A stretch of 64,000 nucleotides of DNA from NCBI GenBank assembly GCA_044347565.1, contig JBIKUN010000006.1:415-64414 (forward strand). The letters run 5' to 3'. The DNA comes from Vicinamibacterales bacterium (GTDB lineage: Bacteria > Acidobacteriota > Vicinamibacteria > Vicinamibacterales > UBA2999). Position numbers and translations under genes: made by a program. A model generated the notes under the pieces. That model was not told the origin of the DNA, did not search any database, and worked only from the letters and a program-made list of their open reading frames with translations. Below, one piece after another: positions 37,405 to 46,645 of this stretch; position 1 is the first letter of the stretch; each line of letters opens with the position of its first letter.

Positions 37405-38937
37405 GTGCGTCGTCTGGCCGTTCTTCTGTGTGTCGCCCTGACACTCGCCGTCGCGGGCACCGCGCCCGTGGCGCAGGGCCCGTCACCCGCGCCGATCACG
37501 ATCGTGAGCGCGCAGGGGCGGCGCAGTCTCACGGTCACCACGGTGAACGGCGGCGACTACCTGTCGCTCGATGACGTGGCCGCCGCGCTCGGCCTCACCC
37601 TGCGCGACGACCGCGTGACCGGCACGACCACGGTCGCCGCGGGCGGACGTTCGGCCGTGCTCACGCCCGAACGCAACGTGGTGTCGGCGCAGGGCCGGCT
37701 CGTGTCGCTCGCGGCACCGCCGCTCCGGCAGGACGGCCGGCTCGTCGTCACGCCGGAGTTCGTGGCACGAGTCGTCGGCGTGCTGCTCGACCGCCGGGTG
37801 GACTTCCGCCGCGCCGGCCGGCTCTTCGTCATCGGCGACCTGCGCGTGCCGCGTGTGGTCATCCGTGGCGAGTTCGCGGCGAGCGCCGCGCAGATCACCT
37901 TCGAGATTGCACCGGCCACCGAGCCCACCGTGACGCGCACCGGCAGCGAACTCATCGTCACCTTCGCGGCCGACGGGGTGGACGCGGCCGTGCCCACGGT
38001 GCCGGCCAATCCGCTGCTGCAGGGCATCCGTCAGGGCGAAGGCGCGAGCCTCGTGCTCGCCACCGGCCCCCGCTTCCAGTCACACCGCACCACCGTGCAG
38101 CCGATCGACGCCGGCACGACGCGGCTCGTCGTCGACCTGCTGGCCGCGGGAGCGGAGACGCTCACACCCGGTGCGCCGGCCACGCCACCGGCGCCGCTCA
38201 CACCGCCCGCCGCCGGCACCGGCGATCCGGGACCCGCCGTATCGCTGCCGCCGCCCGGCGGCTTCCGCACCATCGTCATCGACCCGGGCCATGGCGGCGA
38301 CGCCACCGGCACCGAAGGCCCCGGCGGCACGCTCGAGAAGACCGTCACGCTGCAGGTGAGCCGGCGCCTGAAGGCGCTGCTCGAAGGCCGGCTCGGCCTG
38401 CGTGTCATCCTCACCCGCGACGACGACCGCACGCTCGACCAGGACCAGCGCGCCGCCATCGCCAACAACAACCGCGCCGATCTCTTCGTGAGCATCCACG
38501 CCAACGCGGCCGTGCGGTCCACGGTGAAGGGCGCCGAGGTCTACTACCTGAGCGTGGACCGCGCGAGCCTCGAGTCGCGGCGCGCCATCCAGCAGCCCGA
38601 CGCGCTGCCGCAGCTCGGCGGCGGCACGCGCGCCATCGAACTCATCCTGTGGGAGACGGCGCAGCTGCGCCATCTCGAGCAGTCGGCCACCTTCGCGGCG
38701 CTCGTCGAGTCGGCGCTGCGCGGCAAGGTCGAGATGAGCCTGCGCCCGGTGCAGCAGGCGCCCTTCCGGGTGCTGGTCGGCGCGAACATGCCGGCCGTGC
38801 TCGTCGAAGTCGGCTACCTCTCGAATCCGGACGAGGAGAAGGCGCTCACGAGCGCCGCGCACCAGGACAAGGTGGCCCTCGCCGTGTTCGAGGCCATCGC
38901 CGCCTTCCGCGGCCGCGCCGAGAAGCCGGCCCAATGA
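37405..38937 (+). CDS. N-acetylmuramoyl-L-alanine amidase with N-terminal AMIN-like domain
   Basis: Signal peptide. Amidase_3 motifs IVIDPGHGGDATG, LFVSIHANA and VLVEVGYLSNPDEE. Confidence 0.9.
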   Translation: MRRLAVLLCVALTLAVAGTAPVAQGPSPAPITIVSAQGRRSLTVTTVNGGDYLSLDDVAAALGLTLRDDRVTGTTTVAAGGRSAVLTPERNVVSAQGRLVSLAAPPLRQDGRLVVTPEFVARVVGVLLDRRVDFRRAGRLFVIGDLRVPRVVIRGEFAASAAQITFEIAPATEPTVTRTGSELIVTFAADGVDAAVPTVPANPLLQGIRQGEGASLVLATGPRFQSHRTTVQPIDAGTTRLVVDLLAAGAETLTPGAPATPPAPLTPPAAGTGDPGPAVSLPPPGGFRTIVIDPGHGGDATGTEGPGGTLEKTVTLQVSRRLKALLEGRLGLRVILTRDDDRTLDQDQRAAIANNNRADLFVSIHANAAVRSTVKGAEVYYLSVDRASLESRRAIQQPDALPQLGGGTRAIELILWETAQLRHLEQSATFAALVESALRGKVEMSLRPVQQAPFRVLVGANMPAVLVEVGYLSNPDEEKALTSAAHQDKVALAVFEAIAAFRGRAEKPAQ

Positions 38938-39521
38938 CGCCGCGCCGCGTGGCCGCGCTCGTCGGCATCGGCGCCCTCGTCGTGGGCCTCGGCTGGCTGA
39001 TGTTCTCGTTCCTCGAGCGGCGGCTGTCGGCGCCGACGCCGGATGCCGAGCCGGTCACGCCGGCCGCCGAGACGCCGGCGGCGGTCGGTCCGCGCATCTC
39101 CGCCATCCTCTACTTCGTGTCGGAAGACGGCACGTTGCTCGAGCCCCGTGCGATCGACGTGCCGCTGCGCGATTCGCCGGCCGCGCAGGCGCGGGCGCTC
39201 GTCGAGGCGCAGCTGGCCGCCACGCCGCCTGAACCGCTCACTCGCGCCGTGCCCGAAGGCGTGACCGTGCGCGGCGTGTTCCTCACCGGCCGCGACGATG
39301 CCTACGTGGATCTCGACGGCACGTTCGTCTCGGCGCTGCCGGGCGGATCGCACAACGAGCTCATGGCCACCTACGCCATCGTCTCGGTCCTCACCACGAA
39401 CCTCACGCCCGTCACGCGCGTGCAGATCCTGATCGATGGCCGCGAGGTCGAGACGCTCACCGGACATGTGGACTTGCGTGAGCCCTTGCGAAAGAATGAA
39501 GGGCTCATCCGCGTCCCATGA
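38934..39521 (+). CDS. GerMN-domain membrane-anchored protein
   Basis: ATG 38934 overlaps the amidase stop (ATGA). TM anchor, then a GerMN-like region ([14 protein letters not shown]...[18 protein letters not shown]...[19 protein letters not shown]). Confidence 0.8.
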   Translation: MTPRRVAALVGIGALVVGLGWLMFSFLERRLSAPTPDAEPVTPAAETPAAVGPRISAILYFVSEDGTLLEPRAIDVPLRDSPAAQARALVEAQLAATPPEPLTRAVPEGVTVRGVFLTGRDDAYVDLDGTFVSALPGGSHNELMATYAIVSVLTTNLTPVTRVQILIDGREVETLTGHVDLREPLRKNEGLIRVP

Positions 39522-40249
39522 CCAGACAATTCGATCGCGCTCCCGGGGACCTGCGTCCCGTCACGATCACGCCCGGCTATCTCGCCCACGCCGAAGGCTC
39601 GGTGCTCATCGAGGTGGGCCACACGAAGATCATCTGCGCGGCCTCGATCGAAGACCGTGTGCCGCCGTTCCTGCGCGGCAGCGGCAAGGGCTGGGTGACG
39701 GCCGAATACGGCATGCTGCCCCGCGCCACCAACACCCGCACGACGCGCGAGGCGTCGCAGGGCAAGGTGGGCGGCCGCACGATGGAAATCCAGCGCCTCA
39801 TCGGCCGCTCGATGCGATCGGTCGTGCGGCTCGAACGGCTCGGCGAACGCACGCTGTGGCTCGATTGCGACGTCATCCAGGCCGATGGCGGCACGCGCAC
39901 GGCCTCGATCACCGGCGCCTTCGTGGCGATGGTGCTGGCCTTCGGCCGTCTGAAGGAGACGAGCGGCCTCACGACGATTCCCGTGAACGACTACGTCGCG
40001 GCCACGAGCGTCGGCATCGTCGCCGGCATGCCGCTGCTCGACCTCGCCTACGAGGAAGACTCGAAGGCCGAGGTCGACATGAACATCGTGAAGACCGGCG
40101 ACGGCCGCTTCGTCGAGATCCAGGGCACGGCGGAAAGTGAGCCCTTCGACCAGGCGGCGCTCAACGGCCTGCTCGAGCTCGCCACGAGCGGCATCGACCG
40201 CCTGATCGCCGCCCAGCGCGAGATCTGCCGGCCAATCCTGGGCCGCTGA
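39518..40249 (+). CDS. rph: Ribonuclease PH
   Basis: [48 protein letters not shown] and [16 protein letters not shown]. The start overlaps the GerMN stop (ATGA). Confidence 0.97.
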   Translation: MTRQFDRAPGDLRPVTITPGYLAHAEGSVLIEVGHTKIICAASIEDRVPPFLRGSGKGWVTAEYGMLPRATNTRTTREASQGKVGGRTMEIQRLIGRSMRSVVRLERLGERTLWLDCDVIQADGGTRTASITGAFVAMVLAFGRLKETSGLTTIPVNDYVAATSVGIVAGMPLLDLAYEEDSKAEVDMNIVKTGDGRFVEIQGTAESEPFDQAALNGLLELATSGIDRLIAAQREICRPILGR

Positions 40250-40842
40250 TGCGCGTGCTGTGCTTCGCGACGACTAATCCCCACAAGGTCCGCGAGGTGC
40301 GCGGCCTGCTGGCCGGCGTGCCGGTGCGGGTCGAGACGCTGGCGCCCATCCCCGCGGGCGCCGAACCGGAAGAGACGGCCGACACCTTCGAGGGCAACGC
40401 CCGTATCAAGGCCCTGCATTACGCGGCGCGGCACCCCGGCGAATACGTCGTGTCGGAGGATTCCGGCCTCGAGGTGGACGCCCTCGGCGGCGCGCCGGGC
40501 GTGCACTCGGCCCGTTTCCTCGGCCCCGACGCCACCTACGCGGCGCGCTTCGACGAGATCCTGCACCGCCTGCGCGACGTCGCGGACGCGGCGCGCACGG
40601 CGCGATTCGTCTGCGCCCTTGTCGTCGCCAGGGACGGCGCGGTGCTGTTCGAGAGCCGCGGGGTGGTGGAGGGCCGCATCGCCCACGCCCCGGCGGGCGA
40701 CGAGGGCTTCGGCTACGATCCGATCTTCTTCAGTCCGGCCCTTGGATGCACCCTCGCCGAGGCGGGCGACGCCAAAGGCACGGTGAGCCATCGCGCGCAG
40801 GCCGTCGCCGCCCTGGTCCACTGGGTGCGTGACCTGAAGTAA
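40249..40842 (+). CDS. rdgB: Non-canonical purine NTP pyrophosphatase (RdgB/HAM1 family)
   Basis: FATTNPHKVREV, EDSGLEVDALGGAPGVHSARF, GFGYDPIF, SHRAQA. The start overlaps the rph stop (TGATG). Confidence 0.95.
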   Translation: MRVLCFATTNPHKVREVRGLLAGVPVRVETLAPIPAGAEPEETADTFEGNARIKALHYAARHPGEYVVSEDSGLEVDALGGAPGVHSARFLGPDATYAARFDEILHRLRDVADAARTARFVCALVVARDGAVLFESRGVVEGRIAHAPAGDEGFGYDPIFFSPALGCTLAEAGDAKGTVSHRAQAVAALVHWVRDLK

Positions 40843-40859
40843 CCTCAGTCCCCACAGCC

Positions 40860-41498
40860 ATGCTTCAGGTCGAACGCTCCGAGCGCAGCCGCACCGCCAT
40901 CCTCGACGCCGCCCTCGAGTCGTTCTCGCATCACGGCTACGGTGCCACCAGCATGCGCGACATCGCCAGCAAGGCCGGCGTCTCGACCGGCTCGGTGTAC
41001 CATCACTTCCAGGACAAAGAAGCCATCTTCCAGGCGCTGCTCGAGCAGTTCCAGGCCATCACGAAGCGGCCCGACTTCCCCATCAACGTCGTGCTCGAAC
41101 GCGGCGACTTCCTCGACGACTTCGCCGCCCTGGCCGACGCCGCCCAGCAGGTGCTGACGCGCTGGCGCCCGTATCTCGCGCTCTACTACGTCGACGCGGT
41201 CGAGTTCGACGGCCGCCACATCCAGCGCTTCTACGCCGACCTCGCCACCCGCTTCGAGGCGTTCGCCGACACGCACCGCGCCAGCCTCGATCTTGACACG
41301 CGCTTCCGCGACGACGTCCCCTTCGCGCCGGCATTGCTCTTTGCCACGCGCGCCTTCATCTACTACTTCTCGGTCGAGTCGATCTTCGGCGTCGAGCAGC
41401 AGATGGGCCGGCCCACACCGGAGGCCATCGCCCTCATCTCCGGCATCATGCGGCGCGGCATGCTGAAGCCGGTGGCCGGCGACGCGACGTCCGCCTAA
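40860..41498 (+). CDS. TetR/AcrR-family transcriptional regulator
   Basis: The N-terminal HTH ILDAALESFSHHGYGATSMRDIASKAGVSTGSVYHHFQDKEAIF is a textbook TetR_N domain. Confidence 0.9.
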   Translation: MLQVERSERSRTAILDAALESFSHHGYGATSMRDIASKAGVSTGSVYHHFQDKEAIFQALLEQFQAITKRPDFPINVVLERGDFLDDFAALADAAQQVLTRWRPYLALYYVDAVEFDGRHIQRFYADLATRFEAFADTHRASLDLDTRFRDDVPFAPALLFATRAFIYYFSVESIFGVEQQMGRPTPEAIALISGIMRRGMLKPVAGDATSA

Positions 41499-42490
41499 CG
41501 CGGCGCGATGCCGAGCACGCGCATCTCGTGCTCCATGAGATGCCGCATACCTTCGTCGAGCGGCCGCGGCGCGAACCCGAGTTCGTGCGCCGCCTTCGCG
41601 CTCGAGCCCAGGTAGGTCACGCCGGCGGCCACGCGCAGCGTCTCGCCGCTCAGGCCCTCGGGCAGGGGCACGAGTGTCTCCACGCCGTCCATCACGCGGG
41701 CGAGGCCACGCAGCAGCGCCGGCGGAATACCGGCGATCGGCGCCGGGCGTCCGCTGGCCCGCGCCGCCGCCCGCACCGCGTCGCGCAGCGAGTGCGCCGG
41801 GCCGGCGATGATGTAGCTCTCGCCGGTACGTCCGCGCTCCATCGCCTCGATGTGTGCATGCGCCGTGTCGTCCACGTGTCCCCAGCAGGAGGCCGTGCCG
41901 GCCGGCACGAACGGCAGGCGGCGCCGCAGGTGGTTCACGAAGATGCTGCGCACCGCGCTCGTGTCTCCCGGCCCGTAGACGACGCCCGGCTGCACGATGA
42001 TGAGCGGCAGCCCCTGCGCGATGGCCGGCAGCGCCACCTCGTAGTGCGCACGCCATTTCGTGTCGTCGTAGAGCGACAGGTGCGGTCCATCGAAGCGGTA
42101 CGACTCGTCCACCAGCGCGCCGTGCGTGTCGGAGAAGACGGCCAGACTGCTGGTGTAGACGCCGCGCGCGATGCCGAGTTCGCGCATCACGTCGAGCACG
42201 TGCCGTGTGCCCTCGATGTTCACGGCCTCGGCCAGCGGCCGCGCCCGTGGCGCCCCGAGCCTGTACCAGGCAGCGAGGTGGAACATGCCGTCCGCGCCGC
42301 GCATCCCGGCACGCAGCGTGCCGGGCGCCATGATGTCATCCACATGCAGCTCGCACCCGAGTTTGGCGAGCAGCGACGCCTTCTCGGGCGAGCGCACCAG
42401 GGCCACCACCTGATGTCCGCGCGTGCGCAGTTGCTTGGCCACCTCGGCGCCGACGAATCCCGTGGCGCCGGTGACGAAGTAGCGAGACAC
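41495..42490 (-). CDS. NAD-dependent epimerase/dehydratase (extended SDR) family protein
   Basis: Rossmann motif YFVTGATGFVGAEVAKQL. Start set to GTG 42490. The listed start at 42559 would add 23 non-conserved residues and reach within 38 nt of the tRNA. Confidence 0.8.
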   Translation of the reverse strand: MSRYFVTGATGFVGAEVAKQLRTRGHQVVALVRSPEKASLLAKLGCELHVDDIMAPGTLRAGMRGADGMFHLAAWYRLGAPRARPLAEAVNIEGTRHVLDVMRELGIARGVYTSSLAVFSDTHGALVDESYRFDGPHLSLYDDTKWRAHYEVALPAIAQGLPLIIVQPGVVYGPGDTSAVRSIFVNHLRRRLPFVPAGTASCWGHVDDTAHAHIEAMERGRTGESYIIAGPAHSLRDAVRAAARASGRPAPIAGIPPALLRGLARVMDGVETLVPLPEGLSGETLRVAAGVTYLGSSAKAAHELGFAPRPLDEGMRHLMEHEMRVLGIAPR

Positions 42491-42530
42491 GGGCGTCAGG
42501 AGAGCGCAGCCGCCCGGCCGCCGCGGCGCG

Positions 42531-42566
42531 TCACACAGAAGTCGTGCAGGCGGGTACAATGCGGGG
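42531..42566 (+). promoter_or_regulatory. Possible tRNA-Pro promoter (-10 TACAAT at 42555..42560)
   Basis: TACAATGCGGG lies 36 nt upstream of the tRNA 5' end. The same 11-mer occurs at the lhgO-side -10 of the 47853..47881 palindrome. No convincing -35. Confidence 0.3.
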
Positions 42567-42596
42567 ACCGGACGCCAGCGGTCAGCACCACGGCGT

Positions 42597-42673
42597 CGGG
42601 GCGTAGCTCAGCCTGGTAGAGCGCTCGCTTTGGGAGCGAGAAGTCGCTGGTTCGAATCCAGTCGCCCCGACCA
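42597..42673 (+). tRNA. tRNA-Pro (anticodon UGG), CCA encoded
   Basis: Hand-folded cloverleaf: acceptor CGGGGCG/CGCCCCG, D arm GCTC-AGCCTGGTA-GAGC, anticodon arm CTCGC-TTTGGGA-GCGAG, variable loop AAGTC, T arm GCTGG-TTCGAAT-CCAGT, discriminator A and CCA. 77 nt in total. Confidence 0.93.
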
Positions 42674-42829
42674 TCGTTCGACCACGGTGGTAGCCGCTGG
42701 CCGTCGGGGGGCGCCCCCGGCTGAGTCCACGCCTCGGTTCCAGGATTCGATGCCGCCATGCGCCGCGAAACCGGCCGCCACGCGCGGCGGCGCGCGCCGC
42801 TGGTACCGCGCCTGCGCTAGGATCCCCTC

Positions 42830-43255
42830 ATGACGAACGTACTCGTGCCGGTGGACGGTTCGGAAAGCGGGACGCGCGCCGTGCGGTGGGTGGCGCGCGT
42901 GCTCGCCGGCCAGGCCGGCGCCTGCGTGCAGCTCGTGCACGTGCAGCCGGCCATCGATGCGTGGGAAGTACGAAGCCACCTCGGCGCCGACGACATCGCC
43001 CGCTGGCACGCGTCGGCCTCGCAGGCCATCCTCGAGCCCGCGGCCGCGATCGTGCGCGAGGCCGGCATCGACGTGACCACGCATGCGGCCGTGGGCGACA
43101 TCGCCTCCGAGGTCGCCGCCCACATCACCCGCCTCGGCTGCGACAGCCTGGTGATGGGCACCCGCGGCCTCGGCCCCGTGCAGAGCCTGCTGCTCGGATC
43201 GACCGCGATGAAGGTGATCCACGTCGTCGACGTGCCGATCACCCTCATCAAGTAG
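42830..43255 (+). CDS. Universal stress protein (UspA family)
   Basis: MTNVLVPVDGSESGTRAV... and the C-terminal LVMGTRGLGPVQSLLLGSTAMKVIHVVDVPITLI ATP-binding motif. Confidence 0.9.
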   Translation: MTNVLVPVDGSESGTRAVRWVARVLAGQAGACVQLVHVQPAIDAWEVRSHLGADDIARWHASASQAILEPAAAIVREAGIDVTTHAAVGDIASEVAAHITRLGCDSLVMGTRGLGPVQSLLLGSTAMKVIHVVDVPITLIK

Positions 43256-43261
43256 CGCGCC

Positions 43262-46200
43262 CTACTGCCCCGGCCAGCGCCCGGGCGTGTACGGCACGCC
43301 GGCCGCTTCCAGTTCCTGCTCGAACGTCCGCACCTCGGTCTCGAGGGCCCTGAGCAGGCCCACCACCGTCGTCGCCTCGTCGGACGCAATCGTGTAGTTC
43401 TGCTGCTGGGTCGCCGTCGGCGCGCCAGTGAGGCCGCGCGCGCCCGCCGAGGCGGAGTTGACCCGTGCCTGCACGCTCGACGGCGCGCCCGACTCGAGCC
43501 CGCGCAGCGTCTCGTTGCCGCGCAGCGTGCGCAGCACGGCGAGCGCGCGGGTATCGAAGCCCACGGCCGTGTCGAGCATCCGCAGCGCCGCGCTCGATGC
43601 CACGACCGCCCGGCGGATCGCCTGCGTGCGTGTGCGCAGCTGGTTGGCCTGCTCGAGGGCGCCCGTGAAGGTGCGCTGCAGGCGGAACACACGCTCCTGG
43701 TAGTCGCGCGCGGATGTCGTCTGCGCCGGCGTGAGCGTGATCGCCGGATCGGGCTGCACGGCGAGGGCCTGCGGATCGCCCAGCGTCGTGGTGGTGCCAC
43801 CCACGCGGCGCGACAGTGTGAGCGTGTAGGTGCCGGGCGCGACGAAGCCGCCGAGCGCCTGCTGTCCACCGAAGCCGCCGCCGCCGGTGCCGACCGCTGG
43901 CGGCAGGGCCGGCCCGGTGCCACGCAGGTCCCACGTCGTGCGATGGATGCCGCGGGCGCCGGGCACCACGAGGCGGCGCACGATGGCGCCGGCCGCGTTC
44001 GTCACCGTCAGGAACGTCTGCGGCGCCTCTTCATCGGCCTCGGCGGTGAGCTGCGCCGGCGACGGATACGGCGGCGTCTCCTTCTTCGCCTCGGCGGCGC
44101 GGAACGCGTCCTGGCGCTGTTCCCGGCGCGTCTTCGGCGTCTCCTTCACCCAGTAGGTCACCGTGGCGCCGGACGGACGGTTCTCGCCCATCCAGAACTG
44201 CTCGCCCTGGAACCCGCGCGCCCGTCCGGTTTCCGGGAGTTCGATCACGGCCGGCTTCGTCGGGAAGATGTGGGCGTCCTTCCCGAAGGTCGCCGCCGAC
44301 GCCTGACGCAGTGGCGAGAAGTCGTCGAGCACGTAGTAGCCGCGGCCGAAGGTGGCGAGCACGAGATCGTGCTCGCGTTCCTGCATGGCCAGGTCGCGCA
44401 CGGGAATCGTCGGCAGATTGGTGCGCAGGCGAATCCACGTCTTCCCGCCGTCCACGGTGAAGAAGAGACCGAACTCGGTGCCGACGAAGAGCAGGTCGGG
44501 ATTCACCGGATCTTCGGCGAAGGCGAGCACCGGGCCGGTCGCCGGCAGGTCACCGGCAATCGCCGTCCACGAGGCGCCGCGCGTCGTGCTCTTGAAGATG
44601 TAGGGCTTGAAGTCGCCGTTCTTCGTGTTGTCGAAGAGCGCGTAGACGGTGCTCTCGTCGCTTTTGCCGGCGTAGAGCCGCTGCACGTAGACGCCGTACG
44701 AGCCGTAGTCGGGCAACCCGGGCAGCCGCTCGCTGCGGCGCCAGTTCGTGCCGCCGTCGAGTGAGATCTGGACGAGGCCGTCGTCGGTCCCCACGTAGAG
44801 CAGCCCTTCACGCCGGCGCGACTCGGCCACCGCCGAGATGTTGCCCCAGGTGGCCGTGGACTGGTGCTGGGCCACGGCTTCGGGCGGCCACACGCGGCCC
44901 ATCACCGGCAGCATATTGCGGTCGGTCTGATGGGTGAGATCGCCGCTCACCGCCCGCCACGTGTTCCCCCGATCGTCGCTGCGGAACAGCTTGTTGGCGC
45001 CGAAGTAGAGCCGCGACGGGTTGTGCGGGCTGATGATGAACGGCGCTTCCCAGTTGAAGCGCAGCGGCGGCTCACCCTTCCCTTCCACCGGCCGGATGTT
45101 GACGCGTTCGCTCGTGCGGCGGTCGAGCCGCACGATGCCGCCGTACTGCGACTCGGCGTAGACGATGTTCGGGTCGGTGGGATCGACGCGCGCCACGAAG
45201 CCGTCGCCGCCGGTCACGATGAACCAGTCGTTATTGGTCGAGCCGTCGGGCCCGCGCGAGCGCGACGGCCCGCCGAGCGTGCTGTTGTCCTGCGTACCGC
45301 CGTAGATGTTGTAGATGGGCGAGGCGTTGTCGACCTCGACGTTGTAGAACTGCGTCACCGACAGGTTGGCGAAGTGGCGCCACATCGTGCCGCCGTCCCA
45401 GCTTTCGTACAGCCCGCCGTCGCAGCCCTCGAGCAGGTGGTCGGTGTTGTCGGGATCGATCCACAGATAGTGGTTGTCGACGTGTTTGTTGCGCTCGCCG
45501 AGCGTGCGGAACGTGCGGCCGCCGTCATCCGAGATCTGCGTTTCCACCGTGGGCACGTAGAGCCGGTCGGCGTCCTTCGGATCGGGGTGGATGTTCTTGT
45601 AGTACATCGGCTGCGCCTGCACGGTGCCGCGGCGCTCCCAGCTTTCACCGGCGTCGAGCGAGACGTAGATGGCGGTGTTCTCGGCGGTCTCGACCTTGGC
45701 GTAGACGACGCCGGCTTTCGCCGGCGCGAACGCGATGACGATGCGGCCGAGATCGCCCGTGGGCAGCCCCGTGCGCACGCGCCGCCAGGTCTTCCCGCCA
45801 TCGACGGACTTGTGCAGGCCGCTTTCGGGTCCGCCGTGGATGAGCGTCCAGGTGTGCCGGCGCCGCTGGTGCGCGACGGCGAGCATCACGTCGGGGCGCC
45901 GCGGGTCGATCGCCACGTCGCTCACGCCGGTGTGTTCGCTGATCTCGAGCACTTTCGTCCAGGTCGCGCCGCCATCGGTGGTCTTGTAGAGGCCGCGGTC
46001 GCCCCCGGACGACCACAACGGCCCGTAGGCGGCGGCGAACACCACGTTCGAGTCGCGCGGATCGACGACGATGCGGCCGATGTGCTCGGACGTCTTCAGC
46101 CCGACGTTGCGCCACGTGCGGCCGGCGTCGTCGCTGCGGTAGAGGCCGTCGCCCCAGCCCACGCTGCGCTGATTGTTGGCTTCGCCCGTGCCGACCCAGA

Positions 46201-46576
46201 TGGTGTTCGGATGCGCGGCGTCGATGACGACGGCGCCAATCGAATACGACGCTTCGTTCTGAAAGACGGGCGTGAAGGTGATGCCGGCATTCGTCGTTTT
46301 CCACACGCCGCCAGACGCCACGCCGACGTACCACGTCTGCTTGTCGTCGGGATGCACGGCAATGGCACTGATACGGCCGGACATCAGGGCCGGCCCCACG
46401 GCGCGCAGCCGGAACTCGGAGAACGTGCCGGCGCTGAACGGGTTCTGCGCCGCTGCCGGGGCGCCTGCCGCCGCGGGCGCGGTCGCCTGCTGCGGCGCCG
46501 CGGCCCCGAGCCCGGCCGCCCATGTCAGCACCACCGCGGCCATCGCCGCTCCACACGCTTTCAGACCCTGATGCAT
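43262..46576 (-). CDS. Secreted sortilin/VPS10-type BNR (Asp-box) repeat protein
   Basis: 1104 aa. Repeated Asp-boxes (YRSDDAGRTW, YKTTDGGATW, HKSVDGGKTW, YVSLDAGESW, SDDGGRTF, FRSDDRGNTW, TVDGGKTW) on a double-propeller scaffold. Confidence 0.9.
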   Translation of the reverse strand: MHQGLKACGAAMAAVVLTWAAGLGAAAPQQATAPAAAGAPAAAQNPFSAGTFSEFRLRAVGPALMSGRISAIAVHPDDKQTWYVGVASGGVWKTTNAGITFTPVFQNEASYSIGAVVIDAAHPNTIWVGTGEANNQRSVGWGDGLYRSDDAGRTWRNVGLKTSEHIGRIVVDPRDSNVVFAAAYGPLWSSGGDRGLYKTTDGGATWTKVLEISEHTGVSDVAIDPRRPDVMLAVAHQRRRHTWTLIHGGPESGLHKSVDGGKTWRRVRTGLPTGDLGRIVIAFAPAKAGVVYAKVETAENTAIYVSLDAGESWERRGTVQAQPMYYKNIHPDPKDADRLYVPTVETQISDDGGRTFRTLGERNKHVDNHYLWIDPDNTDHLLEGCDGGLYESWDGGTMWRHFANLSVTQFYNVEVDNASPIYNIYGGTQDNSTLGGPSRSRGPDGSTNNDWFIVTGGDGFVARVDPTDPNIVYAESQYGGIVRLDRRTSERVNIRPVEGKGEPPLRFNWEAPFIISPHNPSRLYFGANKLFRSDDRGNTWRAVSGDLTHQTDRNMLPVMGRVWPPEAVAQHQSTATWGNISAVAESRRREGLLYVGTDDGLVQISLDGGTNWRRSERLPGLPDYGSYGVYVQRLYAGKSDESTVYALFDNTKNGDFKPYIFKSTTRGASWTAIAGDLPATGPVLAFAEDPVNPDLLFVGTEFGLFFTVDGGKTWIRLRTNLPTIPVRDLAMQEREHDLVLATFGRGYYVLDDFSPLRQASAATFGKDAHIFPTKPAVIELPETGRARGFQGEQFWMGENRPSGATVTYWVKETPKTRREQRQDAFRAAEAKKETPPYPSPAQLTAEADEEAPQTFLTVTNAAGAIVRRLVVPGARGIHRTTWDLRGTGPALPPAVGTGGGGFGGQQALGGFVAPGTYTLTLSRRVGGTTTTLGDPQALAVQPDPAITLTPAQTTSARDYQERVFRLQRTFTGALEQANQLRTRTQAIRRAVVASSAALRMLDTAVGFDTRALAVLRTLRGNETLRGLESGAPSSVQARVNSASAGARGLTGAPTATQQQNYTIASDEATTVVGLLRALETEVRTFEQELEAAGVPYTPGRWPGQ

Positions 46577-46645
46577 ACGCCGTCCTGTCGCGGAAGGGCC
46601 GGCGTCGCGCCCGGCGTGTCGATTATAGGGGCCGCGGCGCGCCGC

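Noticed and set aside
36416-37486. Alternate 356-aa minus-strand ORF overlapping the HpcH-like gene
   Set aside because: It has an Arg/Gly/Pro-rich shadow-frame composition. The overlapping frame 36490..37323 has the signal peptide and the TIM-barrel motif pattern.
42597-43300. tRNA-Pro as the attachment site of a genomic island
   Set aside because: No integrase, excisionase or mobility gene lies on either side. I found no direct repeat of the tRNA 3' end downstream. The only echo is an inverted 8-mer (GGATTCGA at about 42744, versus TCGAATCC in the T-loop), which is expected by chance in 128 kb of two-strand sequence.
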